A stretch of DNA of 64,000 nt from Octopus vulgaris (taxonomy: Eukaryota), in contig OX597835.1 in the NCBI GenBank assembly GCA_951406725.2, forward strand, positions 18,600,001 to 18,664,000. The letters run 5' to 3'. The position numbers and the translations under genes are program-made. The notes beneath the pieces are model-generated. The model ran no database searches, was not told the DNA's origin, and saw nothing but the letters and a program-made list of their open reading frames with translations. Positions 12,587 through 27,868 of the stretch are shown piece by piece. Positions within the stretch are counted from its first letter, which is position 1, and each line of letters opens with the position of its first letter.

Positions 12587-12913
12587 ACATACATAGAGAC
12601 GAAATTTATTGATATAAGATAGATATAGAGATATGCATATAAGCATATATCGTATTTCAGTAAACGGAATGAGGATATTCTCAGTGTCAGCTTTCGACTC
12701 CATTAGACATTCACGACGTGCATGCTATTGCTAGCAGTTCAATGCAGTTCAATGAATGTAGGTGTATACGCATATGCATAAGATGCTCACATCACCATTG
12801 ATACAAACATATATATACAAGCCACAAACATCCAGCAGGAATGCCATTGCATAACATGCTCGAAATATGAAATCACCTGCAGATATACGCAATATGCAGG
12901 AAAGTATACATAC

Positions 12914-12982
<69 letters not shown>

Positions 12983-13080
12983 CATATATGTATATATATA
13001 TATATATACATATATAGATAAAGATAGATAGATAGATAGATAGATATACATATATATATATATATAAACATACATACACA

Positions 13081-13130
<50 letters not shown>

Positions 13131-13145
13131 CATACACACACATGC

Positions 13146-13176
<31 letters not shown>

Positions 13177-13476
13177 CACACACACACATGCATATATATA
13201 TATATACACATATATATATATATATATACATATGCGTATGTGTATAAGCAAGTATACTTATAGTTTGGTAGCAGCTTAATGCAGAAAATGACATGCAGAA
13301 GTTCCTGTTTGTGTACTGCATATCGTACATATTACTATTCCTTCTACATAAACCGATTCCTTATCTGAATAACAATGCATTGATATTCAATGACAATATT
13401 AATAAGCGTATACAAGATACAGCATACACCATGGATCATAATCCGAGCTGTATCCTCAGGTTGGTAACTACACTGA

Positions 13477-13803
13477 GTGAGGGCGCGTGGCTTAGTGGTT
13501 AGGGCATTCGGCTCATGATCGTAAGGTTGTGAGTTCGATTCCCGGCGACGCGTTGTGTCCTTGAGTAAGACACTTTATTTCACGTTGCTCCAGTCCACTC
13601 AGCTGGCAAAAATGAGTTGTACTTGTATTTCAAAGGGTCAGCCTTGTCACTCTCTGTGTCACGCTGATTATCCCGAGAACTACGTTAAGGGTACACGTGT
13701 CTGTGGAATGCTCAGCCATTTGCACGTTAATTTCACGAGCAAGCTGTTCCGTTAATCGTATCAGCTGGGACCCTCGTCGTCGTAACCGGCGGAGTCTTTA
13801 AAG
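13477..13803 (+). mobile_element. SINE family D (own tRNA head + family C 3' body) with 11-bp TSD
   Basis: GGGCGCGTGGCTTAGTGG..GAGTTCGATTCC head and GTGTCCTTGAGTAAGACACTT. 3' half shared with family C. AACTACACTGA at 13466-13476 and 13804-13814. Confidence 0.9.
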
Positions 13804-13835
13804 AACTACACTGATTATATACATAAATATTCATA

Positions 13836-14210
13836 GGCGTAAGAGTGGTTGTGTGGGAAGTAGCTTGCTAACGAACCACATCGTTCCGGGTTCAGTCCCA
13901 CTGCGTGGCACTTTGGGCAAGTGTCTTCTACTGTAGTCTCTGGCCGACCAAACTGAAAGAAGCCTGTCGTGTATATGTATATGTATACATGTATCTGTGT
14001 GTGTGTGTGTTTGTGTGTCTGTGTTTGTCCCCCAACATCGTTTCACAACCGATGCTGGTGTGTTTACCTCCCCGTAGCCTAGTGGTTCGGCAAAAGAGTC
14101 CGATGGAATAAGTACTAGACATACAAAGAATAAGTCCTAGGGTCGATTTGCTTGACTGAAGGCGGTGTTCCAGCATGGCCGCAGTCAAATGACTGAAAAA
14201 AGTAAAAGAA
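13836..14210 (+). mobile_element. SINE family B, near full length
   Basis: Head GGCGTAAGAGTGGTTGTGTGG, internal (TA)(TG)n, tail CAGCATGGCCGCAGTCAAATGACTGAA. Confidence 0.9.
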
Positions 14211-14257
14211 TATATATGTATATACATATATATATTATTATCTATATACACCCACCC

Positions 14258-14292
<35 letters not shown>

Positions 14293-14687
14293 CAATTTGA
14301 AAAAATGATTCAATATAATTACTGAAATTTTGTGAGATTTGATTGGTGAGAGGTTCAGTGCCTGAATTTGTAACTGTTGTAAGAGGTTCAATACCTCATT
14401 TGTGTTTTCGGGAGGTTGCAATCGGCGGGCGTTGTGTTTCCCCCACCGACCATCTCTTTTTTCATCCCATCATCATTGTGTCCGTGTCCAGCCGGCATGC
14501 TTCCATCTGTATTATGCCTTTATGAAAAATGTAATAAAATAAAGAAGCTTGCTTACAAAGCACATAGTTACGGGTTCAGTCCCAATGAATGGCAAGTGTC
14601 TTCTACTATAGCTTCGGGACCACCAAAGCCTTGTAAATGGAAACTGAAAGGAGCTCGTCGTATATATATATATATATATATATATCG

Positions 14688-15109
14688 TTTTTCTCTTTCT
14701 CTTTTACTTGTTTCAGTCATTTGACTGCGGCCATGCTGGAGCACCGCCTTTAATCGAGCAACTCGACCCCGGGACTTATTCTTTGTAAGCCCAGTACTTA
14801 TTCTATCGGTCTCTTTTTTGCCGAACCGCTAAGTGACGGGGACGTAAACACACCAGCATCGGTTGTCAAGCAATGCTAGGGGGACAAACACAGACACACA
14901 AACACACACACATACACATATATATATATACATATATACATATATACGCCAGGCGTCTTTCAGTTTCCGTCTACCAAATCCACTCACAAGGCATTGGTCG
15001 GCCCGGGGCTATAGCAGAAGACACTTGCCCAAGATGCCACGCAGTGGGACTGAACCCGGAACCATGTGGTTGGTTCGCAAGCTACTTACCACACAGCCAC
15101 TCCTACGCC
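14688..15109 (-). mobile_element. SINE family B, full length, abutting the (TA)n of an older plus-strand B head (14545-14660)
   Basis: Reverse complement of the B consensus, with (TA)n on both sides. Confidence 0.92.
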
Positions 15110-15685
15110 TATATATATATAAGCTTGTGCATATGCATATGCTTTAGCAATTGAGTATACATGTGTGTAAGACAGAGCATTTCTACACTGTTGAGCGTGC
15201 GTGTGTCATGTCTGCGTGTCTTCTATGAACGAGATTCAGTGAGCTAGAAGGTTGCAGTGTATAAAAGAAAAGGTTCTATAAAACTTTATGGACACACTCA
15301 CACACACACACACACACAAGCACACAAGCACACATACATATATTTGTATTGGTGTTTGTGTTTGTAAGTGACGCTTAAAAATGTGTATATATGAAATACA
15401 AAAAATGTGAAAAACTGAGGCTCGCTCAATGAAAAACGGAAGCGGAAACAATGATGAAGGAAAAAAAAAGCGGCACTTTATTTTCTTTATTTCAGCTAAT
15501 TCTGTATTCTTCTTAGGAAACCCGATTACATCATAATCATGTCTTCAGAATCGAAATTATTGATGTAATTTTATCAGATCATGTGGCACCGGAAATTTTC
15601 ACTACGAGTTGCTAATCAAGAAAACTGTTGAAAAAAAATGTAAGTAAAAAAAATCACATACATTTTCTAACATACATCCACCCGA

Positions 15686-15792
<107 letters not shown>

Positions 15793-15972
15793 TGTATGTA
15801 CATGTATATATTTATGTCGCTACGTACGTAGTGGTTGTGCCTGTATAGTCATCAGTTTCTCATATTGTCATTCATACAAAAATACATACTAACTACAAAG
15901 AGCCAGTAGAAATGCTATTACACAACACTTACAATATATATATATAATCACTAGTAAATGGATGTACTCTGT

Positions 15973-16063
<91 letters not shown>

Positions 16064-16799
16064 ATATATATATATATGTACTTATATATATATAAGTACA
16101 TATATATATATATATATATCTATATATGTACGTATATATATGTACATAAATATACGTATCTTATACGAATATTCAGTAATCTATACACCTCTCTATCTCT
16201 ATTTATATCTCTCGTTCTCTCTACATTTCTATCTATTTATCTGTGTGTGTGTGTGTGTTTGATCATAATACCTTTATTATTACACATACAATCAAACGTA
16301 AAGTTCTCCAGGAAGCGTATACAATGACGCACACACCTTATAATTATAAATAAACTAAATAATGATTTTTTACTTTAACTCTTTTCAAAATAATTATTTT
16401 CCAAACGCTTGATTTCCACTCTTCTTCTCCTCTCGTTTTATTTAATATTTTTCTCCCTCGTTATTTTACAATGTTTTATAACTCACTTCTTGTACTGTGG
16501 TGTTTTCGTTGAATTTATATTAAATTTTCAGTGTTCTTTTATATTGTAGTTCCATCGCGCTCTCTGGCGTATATTTCTTTATACAATGTGAATTATTGTA
16601 TTTATTGGTGTTACTATTTTTATTACAGTTATACCATTGTAATATATTTAATGGAATGCTATTCTCATACACTACATTTCTTTTTTTTGTTGTTGATGTA
16701 TTAATTTGTTATGTAACTTTTATTACAATGCTTGGTACAGCTTTCCTAATACCAAGAATTATTTTGTTATATAATAATAAATTTATACTAGAACTAATT

Positions 16800-16832
<33 letters not shown>

Positions 16833-17820
16833 CGGAGAGGAGGAATAGGAAGAGGTTTTGCAGCAGCAGCAGCTGTTGTAGCCACGTCGGCTGTAAAACA
16901 CAATCATGATGATGAAATTGAAAAAAAGTGTACGAATTAAACGAGAGAGGTTTTGATTTTCATGCTTCAAAGGATCAGAGCTACTTTTCGAGAAATAGGT
17001 TCTTAAGGCTAGTTCTTCGGGTTATGAGGCGTATATATATTCATGAACATCACCAGACATGATGCCGATCTGTCGCAGATTAAGTGTTTTGCTTGGTGAG
17101 TTGACCGGAGAAACGTGAAATGGAATATTTTGCTTGTGAAAACAATGTAAAACCACGTTCCAGGAAGCAAAATGACAGCCTTACTCTCTCATAAGTGCTA
17201 TAACCCTAAACACGAGTCGTCGAGACGTTAGTAAAACACACACACACAAACACACACACAAACACATACACAACACAAAGTTACAGCTCGTTTCTCAGTG
17301 ATTGTAATTCTTGCGGTAGACGCCATTTACGTAACATTCCTCACTGTGCAGTCGAACCAGCCAATGTTTGGATTCGAAATGAACTACCTCACCCAAGAAG
17401 CGCCTAGCATCTTTATGTCTTTCACTAAGTTACGACAATTGCAATACAGGGCAATCAATAACTGTGTGTAAAAAGTTGTAATGCAAGACGCTGCAATGGA
17501 AGAGTGTGGGATGTCATGACATTCAAATGTTTTGTGTGTACATTGATGCCTGCTTACATCTGACTTAGTTATAATGCCAAGCTCACATCTATCTTAAATA
17601 TAACCTTTTTGCATTGTTGAAGAATTTCTCTGCTAGACAAGGTCTGCATGGAATTATTAATTCAGTTGAAACCAATAAGAGAAAAATTAAATAATGTAAT
17701 ATTAATAAATGTCAGTTTTACTTTCATCTTTTCATTTGTATATATGTATGTATGTATACCAAAGCCTGTATTTATATATGTGTGTATGTGCGTGTGTGTG
17801 TGTGTGTGCCTGAGTGTGTG

Positions 17821-17868
<48 letters not shown>

Positions 17869-17909
17869 TATTATATATATATTTATATATATGTATCTAT
17901 AAATATATG

Positions 17910-17962
<53 letters not shown>

Positions 17963-18580
17963 CTTTATGTAAGTATTGATCTCTAAATATTTGTATATGT
18001 AAGTATAGCTGTATCTATTTCTCTTACTCTGTGCGTATGTATATATGTAAGGATGTATAAATGTGCATATGGATATATATGACGTTGTTTGTGTGCGAGT
18101 GTATGTGTCTTAAGTAGATTATTTTTTATGTATATGTGCAGGTATGTAACATTGCATGCATGTGTGTGTGTGTGTCTGTGTGTGTGTATGTGTTTCAGTA
18201 TGCAGGCTTTTTTATGTATGTGTAAGCGTGCCAGTCTATGTCTGAATTGATGTATCTAGCATTAAGCAAGTAAATAGAGAGTTTGAAAAAGTATTTTTTT
18301 TTTACAGGAGGTTTATATTCGCCTTCACAAAGCGCAGGCCTTTCGCTATCATCCTATTAAGGCACTTTCGGGGGATTTTGTGAATAAATGAGTGCATTAT
18401 ACAAGCACACGCACACATATACATATATAGATATATATGTACACACACAAACACACACACACACATATATACACATACAGACAGATTGACATAGAGATAT
18501 ACATACATCTATATCTATCTCTCTATCTATCCATCTGTCTGCCTGTCTGTCTGTCTGTCTCTCTCTCTATATATATATAC

Positions 18581-18630
<50 letters not shown>

Positions 18631-18708
18631 CTGTGCGCGTGTGTATGTATATATATATATATATAATATAAAGATATACATATATATATTCACGCACACA
18701 CACCCATA

Positions 18709-18759
<51 letters not shown>

Positions 18760-18761
18760 AC

Positions 18762-18801
<40 letters not shown>

Positions 18802-18844
18802 TGTGTGTGCCTGTGTAGCGGTATAGGTGGATATGCTTATATTC

Positions 18845-19165
18845 ACGTTGTGGCTTAGTGGTTAGGGGCATTCTGCTCATGGTCGTAAGGTCGTGAGTTC
18901 AATTCCTGGTGATGCGTTGTGTCCTTGAGCAAGACACTTTATTTTACGTTGCTCTAGTCGACACAGCTGGCAAAAATGGGTTGTACCTGTATTTCAAAGG
19001 GCCGACCTTGTCATAATCTGTGTCACGCTGAATCTCCCTGAGAATTACTTTAGGAGTACACGTGTCTGTGGATTGCTCAGTCACATGCAAGTTCATTTCA
19101 CTAGCAAGCTGTTCCCTTGATTGTATCAGCTGGGACCCTCGTCGTCGAAAGCCGAAGGAGTGCTC
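18845..19165 (+). mobile_element. SINE family D
   Basis: Collinear with 13477-13803. Confidence 0.88.
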
Positions 19166-19789
19166 CTCTATAATCGTGTTAATGAGGTTGCGCAGTCGGA
19201 ACCGATCGGGGTTAATAATAATGATTACAGCAAAGAACAATAACTCACGCGGCGAAAGCAAAAGCAGACCAAACGATACAACTAAAGCAAAATTAATCCG
19301 AAACTACATAAACATTGACGTCACTAAAAATATTGAAGATGTTCGTCTCGGTGACTAATCACTAACAACAGCTTCATCAACGATATGAAAGGACAGCTAT
19401 AAGAACAATAACAGAACAACGCCAGTAGCAGAACAAAACCGCCATCAACATAGAAAGCAAATATAACAGTAATTAGAGCAAAATTCAGAGACAGCATGAA
19501 GGCCGACTACGACAGCAACCATATTAGAATAGCAATAGTTTGCTAAAACAAATACAGCCATAACAATAGCAACAACCACAATGTCATGTGCAGTAGTAAC
19601 ACAGATACAACGGTAGCGGCGGCGAGATCAACGACAGATGTATCAAGTGTAAGATCAACAGAAGCATAACAACTACGAAAAGTACACAGAAGAAGAACAG
19701 GAAACAAAAAAGACAAAAAAAAAAACAAAACAAAAACAAACAAACATTAATTACAATAAAGATGAACTATTTACAAGATGAACAAGAGC

Positions 19790-19822
<33 letters not shown>

Positions 19823-20015
19823 AACAATACGGAGGGATTCCACAAGTGGAAACGACCGAGTTCAATAAAAGAAGCCATGATTTACAATTTGTATTTTATT
19901 TAATTAATTTAGAAAATAAATCAGGTCGAAAGATTATCTCAAAAACATCTCATTAAGTTGGTGTGTCCAATGGACAATTCATCATGCCAGCCGCTTACAT
20001 CTTCGCCGCAGGCTT

Positions 20016-20045
20016 CTGCTGCTGCACTGGCTGCTGCTGCTGCTG

Positions 20046-20097
<52 letters not shown>

Positions 20098-20611
20098 AAA
20101 TACTACTACAAATACTACTACGTGTTATTGTTGTTGTTCTGCTTCTACTTCTTCTTCTTCTTCTCTTTCTTCTTTCTTCTTCTTCTTCTTCTTCTTCTTC
20201 TTCTTCTTCTTTCTTCTTTCTTTTTCTTCTTCTTGTCATTCTTCTTTCTTCTTCTTCTTCTTCTTCTTCTTCTTCTTCTTCTTCTTCTCTTTCTTCTTTC
20301 TACTTCTCCTTCTTCTTGTCATTCTTCTTTCTTCTTCTTCTTCTTCTCTTTCTCCTTCTTCTTCTTCTTCTTCTTTCTTCTTCTTCTTCTTCTCTTTCTT
20401 CTTTCTTCTTCTTCTTCTTCTTCTTCTTCTACTTCTTTTTCTTCTTCTTCTTCTTCTTCTTCTTCTTCTTTCTTCTTCTTTTTCTTCTCTTTCTTCTTTC
20501 TTCTTCTTATTCTACTTCTTCTCTTTCTTCTTCTTCTTCTTCTTCTTCTTCTTCTTCTTCTTCTTCTTCTTCTTCTTCTTCTTCTTCTTCTCTTTCTTTT
20601 TTTTCTTCTTC
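20016..20611. repeat. Compound trinucleotide microsatellite (GCT)n-(ACT)n-(CTT)n
   Basis: Directly visible. It accounts for the poly-F/S/L ORFs. Confidence 0.97.
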
Positions 20612-20629
20612 CAAAATTTTCCCTGTATT

Positions 20630-21095
20630 GCAAGTGTCAGGCCAGAAAATTTAGCGGGGAATTATAAGTTAGTTACAGCTTTGAACCGGTACATTACTTC
20701 GTCGAAACGATGAAAGGAAAGTCGGCTTCGACAGAATTTGAACCCGAAAGTTAAAGGATCGGTATCAACGACAAAAAGCTTTTTGTTCTGCATCCAAATG
20801 AATCTGCCAGATCATCAGCTTCACAACAAAAAGAAAAAAATAACAAAAACAACAGCAACAACAGCAAGAATAATAATGAACGTTTCTACTATAGGTACAA
20901 AGCATAACATTTTGGAGGACACGAGTAGTCGATTACATAAAACCCAGTATTTCATTGGTTCTTAATCAATCGATCCCGAACGGATCAAAGGCAAAAATCG
21001 ACCTCGGCGCAATTTATACTTAGAACTTTAAGAGTGACGAATTGCCCCTAAGCATATTGCAGGCGTGGTAATGCTTCCGCCAACACGGTGCCTTT
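20630..21095 (-). mobile_element. Two old SINE family A remnants
   Basis: Diverged GATGAAAGGAAAGTCGGCTTCGACAGAATTTGAAC and GGCAAAAATCGACCTCGGCGCAATTT motifs. Confidence 0.65.
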
Positions 21096-21142
21096 AATGA
21101 TGATAATGATGATGATGATCATAACCGCAGATGGTATAAACA

Positions 21143-21719
<577 letters not shown>

Positions 21720-21722
21720 ATA

Positions 21723-21900
21723 ATATTAGGGAATAAATCCAAACTTACAGCGAAAAATTATATTTAGGATTAAATCCAATTTTATAGTATAAATATATTA
21801 TATTATAGTATATTAAATTAGAGATAAAACCACTATTAGGCAAATCAAACAGTGAAAAACATAAGCCATTACATAATATTAATTTAAAAATCTAAAACTT
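21723..21900. repeat. (TA)n-adjacent dispersed repeat, second copy at 54765-54868 in opposite orientation
   Basis: ATATTAGGGAATAAATCCAAACTTACAG..TAAATTAGAGATAAAACCAC matches the reverse complement of 54765-54868. Confidence 0.75.
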
Positions 21901-22431
21901 AAGAATAAAAAAGTATTTAAATATTTAAACTTATAAATTTTATATATATATACAAATATATATATATATGTATGTATGTATATTTTTATATTTATATATT
22001 ATTTAATTAATTAATTAATTAATTATTTTTTTTTATATATCAAAAGTATTAAAAGCTTAATAAAAGATATATAAGCATCCATCTAGATAGAGGCTTCAAT
22101 ATGACAGTCAGTGATGTCTTTCCTTGTTCTTTCTGCTTTTGCTTTCTATATTTATATTTAAAGCACTTTCCTCCATTTAGAATGTAAAAGATATTTACGA
22201 TGAAAACGAATTCTACGTATACTTGCACATACTTGTGAAATGAAGCGAAATACAAGAACTTCTTTGGAAAGTCTGTTTTCGAAAGAACTGATTTCTTCGA
22301 TGTAAGTAATTATATTATCATCCGATGGCATTTTCTTCAGATGCTATTTTCAGTGGTCAGAAAATATTTGATGCTTTTCATAAACTTGATCAAGCAATAC
22401 CTACAAACTTAATCTGTCTATTTATCTCTTC

Positions 22432-22433
<2 letters not shown>

Positions 22434-22513
<80 letters not shown>

Positions 22514-22553
22514 ATCTATCTATCTATCTATCTATCTACCTATCTATCTATCA

Positions 22554-22611
<58 letters not shown>

Positions 22612-22700
22612 TTATCTATCTGTCTGTATGTCTGTCTGTCTATCTATCTATCTATCTATCTATATATCTATCTATCTGTCTGTCTGTCTGTCTATCTATC
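22434..22700. repeat. (TATC)n/(TGTC)n tetranucleotide microsatellite
   Basis: Directly visible. Confidence 0.97.
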
Positions 22701-22872
22701 TATGTTTCTGCGCGTGTGTATATGTATGTGAATAAATATGTAAATGCGAGTATATATATATGTATATATATGAATGCATATATATATGTATATATATATA
22801 TATATATATATGGGTGTGGGTGTGTGTCTGTGTCTGTGTCTACGTGTGTGTGTATGTGTAAAAGTGTATTTA

Positions 22873-22904
<32 letters not shown>

Positions 22905-23032
22905 CTTCATTTATTTATATAGATGGGTATATTTATATACACATGCGTATAGACATGTGCATGGGTGATTGCGTGTGTTTGTATAAGTTCATCTGTGTGT
23001 ACATCTGTGCTCTATGTGTGTGTGTGAGAGAG

Positions 23033-23073
<41 letters not shown>

Positions 23074-24205
23074 GAAAGAGAGAGAGAGAAAGAGAGAGAG
23101 AGAAAGTGAGAGAGAGAGAGTGCGTGTGTGCATGTGTGTGTGTGTAATATTTGAGTTATTTCATATAACGTTGAAATTACTATCTAGCTGTCAATATCTT
23201 CATCCGATGAAATTTCTTACCGAATTTGTATTACTTGCTCCGGCTATCTTGCCCGCTTCTCTATAGAATTCTCTGCCTTGTTGCATTTAACGTTTATTTA
23301 TTTGCTCTATTTATTTGCATTTACAAATCTCTTTATTTATTGACGGCCTATTTTCCGTACATGTCATTACGTAGAAGAGTTTTGTTGATATATTTCATGT
23401 AACAGGTTTATAAGAAAGGATGCGTAAACATAGATGCAGTTATATAGAATACAATTAACGAATTATCCAAGAAAGACCACGTTGGCGGGGAAATGGAAGA
23501 AAACCTACATTTAATATTGGCGATCCATTAAGATCTCTGAATTAAACAATTTCATCAGTCAAATTCATTTCCTACCAATAAATTCCTCCGTAGCTAATAA
23601 CATATGAAAGTGCAGAATTTATATTAAAAATATCCAAGTTCTTTAAAAGTAAATCTTTAACATAGTGGTATGTCAGTTCATAAGCCTTCGTAGTCAAACT
23701 GAACATAGGCATAATTCTATGGCCTGTTAAATGTAATTCTTTAATTTAGCGGAATGGATATTCCTTGATATTCTTAAGCGAATAAAATCCAAAGAGGCTA
23801 TATATATACGGAATATACATGGACTTTCGAAAGTGGTTATTTATTTTCAGTGAATAGCAGCTTTTAGTAAAATCAGGTCTGATAAACATCTGTAGAATTT
23901 CCTATTTTCCATTGAAATTAATTGGAATAAGTTGTTCGCACTGTTCGAAGACAGAAAAAAAAAAAGAAAAGGAATCCTGTGGTGTATGTATTTTTTTTCT
24001 TTATTTATTTTAAGTAGAAACTACTATTTTGTTATCTTACGGGATATAACGAAATAGGTGAGATGAAGCCGGATTATCCTCCAACTCTGCATCATCGCCT
24101 TCATTGTCGTCGTCAAACGGGTCGTCGTTATCATTATCAGCATCTCGTCAGGATCATCACCATCATCATTAACATCATCATCATCATCATAATGATCATC
24201 ATCAC

Positions 24206-24240
<35 letters not shown>

Positions 24241-24389
24241 ACATCATCATCATCATCATCACCATCATCACCACCATCATCAACATACTCCTCCCCCTCC
24301 TCTTCATTGTTGTCGTCATCGTCATAATCATCGCCATTTGTTATCGACGTTTTCATAACCATTATTATCGTCATCAGCGCCGTCGTCAT

Positions 24390-24500
24390 CGTCTACCAAA
24401 TCTACTCACAAGGCTTTGGTTGGCCCGAGGCTATAGTAGAAGACACTTGCTTAGGGTGCCACGCAGCGGGACTGATCCCGGAACCATGTGGTTTGAAAGC
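24390..24500 (-). mobile_element. SINE family B 5' fragment after an (ATC)n array
   Basis: GTCTACCAAATCTACTCACAAGGC..GGAACCATGTGG. Confidence 0.8.
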
Positions 24501-24699
24501 AAGGTGGAAAAATACGGCAGGAAATGTGTATGGACAACAGATTGTAGATTACAGAAATTGTTTTGTATTGGAATAAGCATAAATATGATATTTTGGAAAA
24601 TATTTGATCTTAAATGTCAGAAATTTGGAACCAAATCGTGGGATTCTCGAATAACTATTTCCTTGCTTCGTGGCAATAGCATTGGCTCCATGGTTTGGT

Positions 24700-24895
24700 A
24701 CATGGCCAGCAACTTCGTAGGCGTGGGTAAGTCAATTAAACCGATCTCAGTACTTAACTGGTACTTATTTTATCAAACCTGAAAGGATGAAAGGTAAAGT
24801 TGACCTCCGCGGCATTTGAACTCAGAACGTAAAGACGGGCTACGTGCCGATAAACATTTTGCTCGTGGGCTTACGATTTCATAAGATCGTCGCCT
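24700..24895 (-). mobile_element. SINE family A, diverged
   Basis: ACTGGTACTTATTTTATC..GGATGAAAGGTAAAGTTGACCTC..TTTGAACTCAGAACG. Confidence 0.8.
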
Positions 24896-25330
24896 TTACT
24901 ATTACAATGATATAGCACATAGTATTGCCGAACTATTGTGAGTACTACTTCTATACTATCTTTCCGCTTGCTAGAAATACCCAAGGAAATCACTCAAAAA
25001 TCACTCTGCAATTTGAATGAAATATAAAATGCAAAATGAAATATAATCGAGAAAACAATTATACAAAAGATAGAGGCCAGTAATGGCTAGAACTAAATAT
25101 TTTAAAATCAAATGATTTTGTCTTACACACAAGGAATTTTCTAGAGTAAATAGTTTTTTCTTTTTTTATTACAAGCAATCCCAAATAAAACATCTTGTCG
25201 ATATTAACGAAATAAAAGTTTCATATATAAAATTCTGTTACAGAATGTGATTCAATAACAAGATAACATATTAGCGTACGTTCTTGATTAAAGAGAAAAT
25301 ATTCAAATAGTTTTGTGCATATTGATGCTA

Positions 25331-25436
<106 letters not shown>

Positions 25437-26133
25437 TATGAGTGTGTGTATGTACGTTTGTATATATATGAGTTATGAGTCTTTTTTTTTTTTTCTCCTG
25501 CAAAATTCTTCTATTCCTGGGTAACAGACGTATTCTATCTCTTTGAATAATTCTCTTGTGATATGATTTTAGATTTAAATACTCTGCATTACACTTTTAA
25601 CTCGTAGAGTCTTTTGTAACAAGCCAGCATTACATTGCGACTTTGGCACGTGAATCTATGAATGCGGCAACCAATCGATATTTTCGAAGTTTGCTTTAGA
25701 AAACTGATGGGAAACTTAAGAATGTACAACAATTTGTAACGTTCTAACATTTGTCTTGCAAATTATCTTGGGGGATGAAATAATGTTGATGAATTTGTTA
25801 GCCGGCTTCTGAAATTTCTTCTCTTAGATAATTTATTTACTTTCCTAGAAAGGAAAAGAACACGCGCGTACACTCACATAGACAGGTGCACACATATACA
25901 CGCATACACACACATAGACAGACATGGACACCTACGCAACGCGCACACTCATGTGAATTGTGTTTCTCTCTCTCCATACCTCTTTTGTCTGCTTATATAT
26001 ATATATATAGATATATATATAGATAGATACATCAGTAGTTAGATATATGTATGTATATATATGTATATACATATATATATACTTATATGCATATATATAT
26101 ATATATATATTTATACTTATCTATATGTATGTA

Positions 26134-26211
<78 letters not shown>

Positions 26212-26223
26212 TATATGCATATG

Positions 26224-26265
<42 letters not shown>

Positions 26266-26729
26266 TATATATAAACATATGTGTATATGTAAATATATAT
26301 ATATATACATATATATATATAAATACACACACATCAGTGTGTCTTGCGTGTTTTGCTGCGTGCGCATTCATTTGCTTTTGAATATTAAATGTATTCAGTT
26401 TAGCAACAGAAATATCAGATTCCTCTTTTGTTAGTATCGTTACAAAAGGTAAGTTCTGACCGATATTGATTGCTTCTAAAATGGGTGACAGTGTACAGGG
26501 TAAGTAGCCTAATATATTACAAGAAATACTATTATCTGGATTGGTAGCTTATGGCCGCCTATAATCCCACTAATGCTCTTGCGAAATATTTTACAGCCAC
26601 TGAACTCGCAACAAACATGATCTACATGTCTTTACACTCTACATAGTACACTAAAGCTACAATGTCTTATGGCCTTCTAATGCTCCTTTACGTCGGTAAG
26701 ATCCTGATACAATCATATTGATTTCAAAA

Positions 26730-27520
26730 GGGCGGCGTGCTGGCAGAACCAATAGCGCGCCGGGCGAGATGCTTAGCGGTATTTCGTCTGCGTTTACGTT
26801 CTGAGTTCAAATTCCGCCGAGGTCGACTTTGCCTTTCATCCATTCGGGGTCGATAAATTAAGTTACGCACTGGGGTCGATATAATCGACTTAATCCGTTT
26901 GTCTGTCCTTGTTTGTCCTCTCTGTATTTAGCCCCGTGTGGGTAGTAAATATATAGGTATTTCGTCTGCCGCTGCTTTTGGAATTCAAATTGCGCCGAGG
27001 GCAACTTTGTCTTTCATCCTTTCGGGGTCGATGAATTAAGTACAAGTTACCCACTGGGGTCGATATAATCGACTTAATCCGTTTGTCTGTCCTTGTTCGT
27101 CCTCTCTGTGTTTAGTCCCTTGTGAGTAGTAAAGAAGTAGGTACTTCGTCTGCCGCTGCTTTCGGAGTTTAAATTCTGCCGATTTTAACTTTCATCCTTT
27201 TGGGGGTCAATAAAATAAATACCAGTTACACACTGAGGTCGATGTAATTGACTATCCCCTTCTGCCCGAAATTTTCTGCCCGAAATTTTCACGACCTTGT
27301 ACATAGAGTAGAAATAATATAATTAATAATTATTATTAAGGCAGGGAGCTGGTAATATCGTCTGCCGCTATGTTTCTTGTGCAAATTCTGCCGGGGTCGA
27401 ATTTGTATGCTATCTTTTTGGGATCAATAAATTAAGTACACTTTGAATGCTGGGCTCAATGTGATTGACTGTCCCGCTCCCCAGAAAACCCCTGCTTTGT
27501 GCCTATAATAGAAAGGATTA
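26730..27520 (+). mobile_element. SINE family A tandem array (three units plus a further copy)
   Basis: Head at 26730. Units restart at ~26956 and ~27140 with GGTA(T/C)TTCGTCTGCCGCT. An additional diverged copy starts at ~27340. Confidence 0.88.
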
Positions 27521-27532
27521 TTATTAATATTA

Positions 27533-27868
27533 TTATTGAATGAGAGAGCAGTGCATGCCATCAAAATGACACTGGGGTAAAATATACGAAGCCCAATATA
27601 CCCATCATGACTACCCGTCTGATAAAGGTACACCAGGCACATGCATCACAACCATATGTGTGCAACATGGTGATCTCATATCGAGATCAACAGCTCATGA
27701 CCTTGCAGGTGGGGCCCAGTTAGAATTTTCTTCTGGTCGAGTAACCCATCCCCTTCAAATGGTCCCTGGATATGGATTGTTTAAGGATGTTGAAAGAAAC
27801 ATCCATGTTTCCAAAGATGAATTATCCAAAACTCTAAGAATTCCTTTCAACACACGGCTATGGTGCTA
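27533..27868 (-). mobile_element. SINE-like repeat family F with (AAT)n tail, copy 1
   Basis: Collinear with the reverse complement of 29650-30040 (GAGAGAGCAGT..CATGCCATC..ATATACGAAGCCCA..CCTTGCAGGTGGGG..GTTAGAATTTTC). Confidence 0.8.

Noticed and set aside
22265-22345. Minus-strand CTGAAGA..CGAAAAC possible hammerhead
   Set aside because: Stem II is only AAA/UUU and there is no supporting stem I or III.
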